Positions 62,860-64,000 of a DNA stretch of 64,000 bases are shown here, in pieces. The DNA is taken from the NCBI RefSeq assembly GCF_009914755.1, contig NC_060927.1. The stretch is one strand, 5' to 3'. The first letter of the stretch is position 1, and the number at the start of each line of letters is the position of its first letter. A model generated the notes under the pieces. It ran no database searches. It was not told the origin of the DNA and was given only the letters and a program-made list of their open reading frames with translations. The position numbers and the translations under genes were made by a program. Source of the stretch: the human T2T-CHM13v2.0 reference genome, Homo sapiens.

Positions 62860-63785
62860 AGGACAATACAAATAAATGGGTAAAATACTTGTACATGCAA
62901 GTCAGAATAGAACATAACGTAATGGCCTGTAAACATACAAAATGATGCTCAACTTCTTTATAACAGAGTTATATTAGTAATCAGAAAAATGCAAGCTTAA
63001 AATACAATGAGACTATCTTCTTAATTGTTTAGCTAAAATTTAAAAATCTGACAATACTAAGTGTTGCAGAGAATGTGGTAAATGGATAATCTCATGTATT
63101 TTTAGTGGGAGTATAAACTGATATGGCAGTTTGCAAAAATATTTGATATTATCTAGCAAAATTGAAAGTATGCATATCATAGGAAACAGGAATTTCACTC
63201 CTAGGTATATAACCTAGAAAATATTGTGGAGATAGGTAGCAAGGTATCTTTACAAAAATGTGAATGTCAGGATTTTTATTATTTGTCCCAAATAAGAAAA
63301 AATCCAAATTTCTACCAAATATACCATGTATAAATAAATGGTGCCATAGTCATACAATGGAATATTATGCAACAATGTAACTGAAAAATATGGAAGGTTT
63401 GCACAGCAACATGGATGAATGTCACATAGAAATTGACAAAGAAGCTAGACAAAAAATAATACATAGAGTATTACTCCATTTATATAAAGTTGAAAAGCAG
63501 GCAAAGCTAAACTATATTGATGAGGGAAAGCATGGTTGCGGATGAAGCTATAAAGGAAAGCATGGCAACGTTAATGACAAAATTCTGAACAGTGGTTATA
63601 TCTAGGGGGATAGGGAGAAACTGGGTCCATGATGGGCACACAGGGGGCCTTCAATGATGCTGCCAAAATTTCATTACATAAAATGGTTAGTGATTTGGGT
63701 CTTGCTTTATTGTTAAATTTTAAATTGTACTTATAAGTTTTATGCTTTTTCCCATTTGTACATGAAAACAAAAATTAAAATTAAA
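62860..63785 (+). mobile_element. Old L1ME/L1MC 3' region (continuation of about 60450-60760)
   Basis: tctgacaatactaagtgttg, aatttcactcctaggtatat, acatggatgaat...aggcaaagctaa. Confidence 0.75.
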
Positions 63786-64000
63786 TAAGTAATTGTTAAT
63801 CTAGTGTAGTGATGGGAGGAGAAGTCTCATTGTAGTGAGTCAAAGAGGGAATGTATGGTGAGTCAGTAGAGTCATTGCTTATAGGCAACTATATCAGCGT
63901 GCATAAGGACAAAAACAAACAAACAAACAGAAAAGCCCAAAGCGTAAATAAGGAAATACATTCTCCAACATAGTAGCAGTTAAGTGGCTGAAAGTTCTTA

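Overview
AT-rich, CpG-depleted primate (very probably human or ape) intergenic or deep-intronic DNA dominated by interspersed repeats. It holds about 14 Alu copies plus a FAM, many L1s (one full-length L1PB-type with TSDs, three 5'-inverted twin-primed L1PA copies, old L1M fragments), L2/MIR relics, LTR elements (THE1, LTR33, MLT-int) and DNA-transposon MITEs. I recognise no host protein-coding exon, and every long ORF in the track derives from Alu, L1 or simple repeats. I found no new gene system. The main signals are structural: (i) several locally templated insertions/duplications with microhomology, hairpin or inverted-repeat junctions (notably 12.65-13.07 kb and 18.0 kb) that look like fossil end-joining scars; (ii) a tailless 35-nt U2 snRNA retropseudogene; (iii) an L1 3' transduction; (iv) an Alu with a poly(T) tail; (v) an inversion in an MLT-int with a (TG)n breakpoint; (vi) a compact C/EBP + ATF4 (CARE) motif cluster in unique DNA. 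Repeat subfamily names come from remembered consensus sequences and need RepeatMasker/Dfam confirmation.
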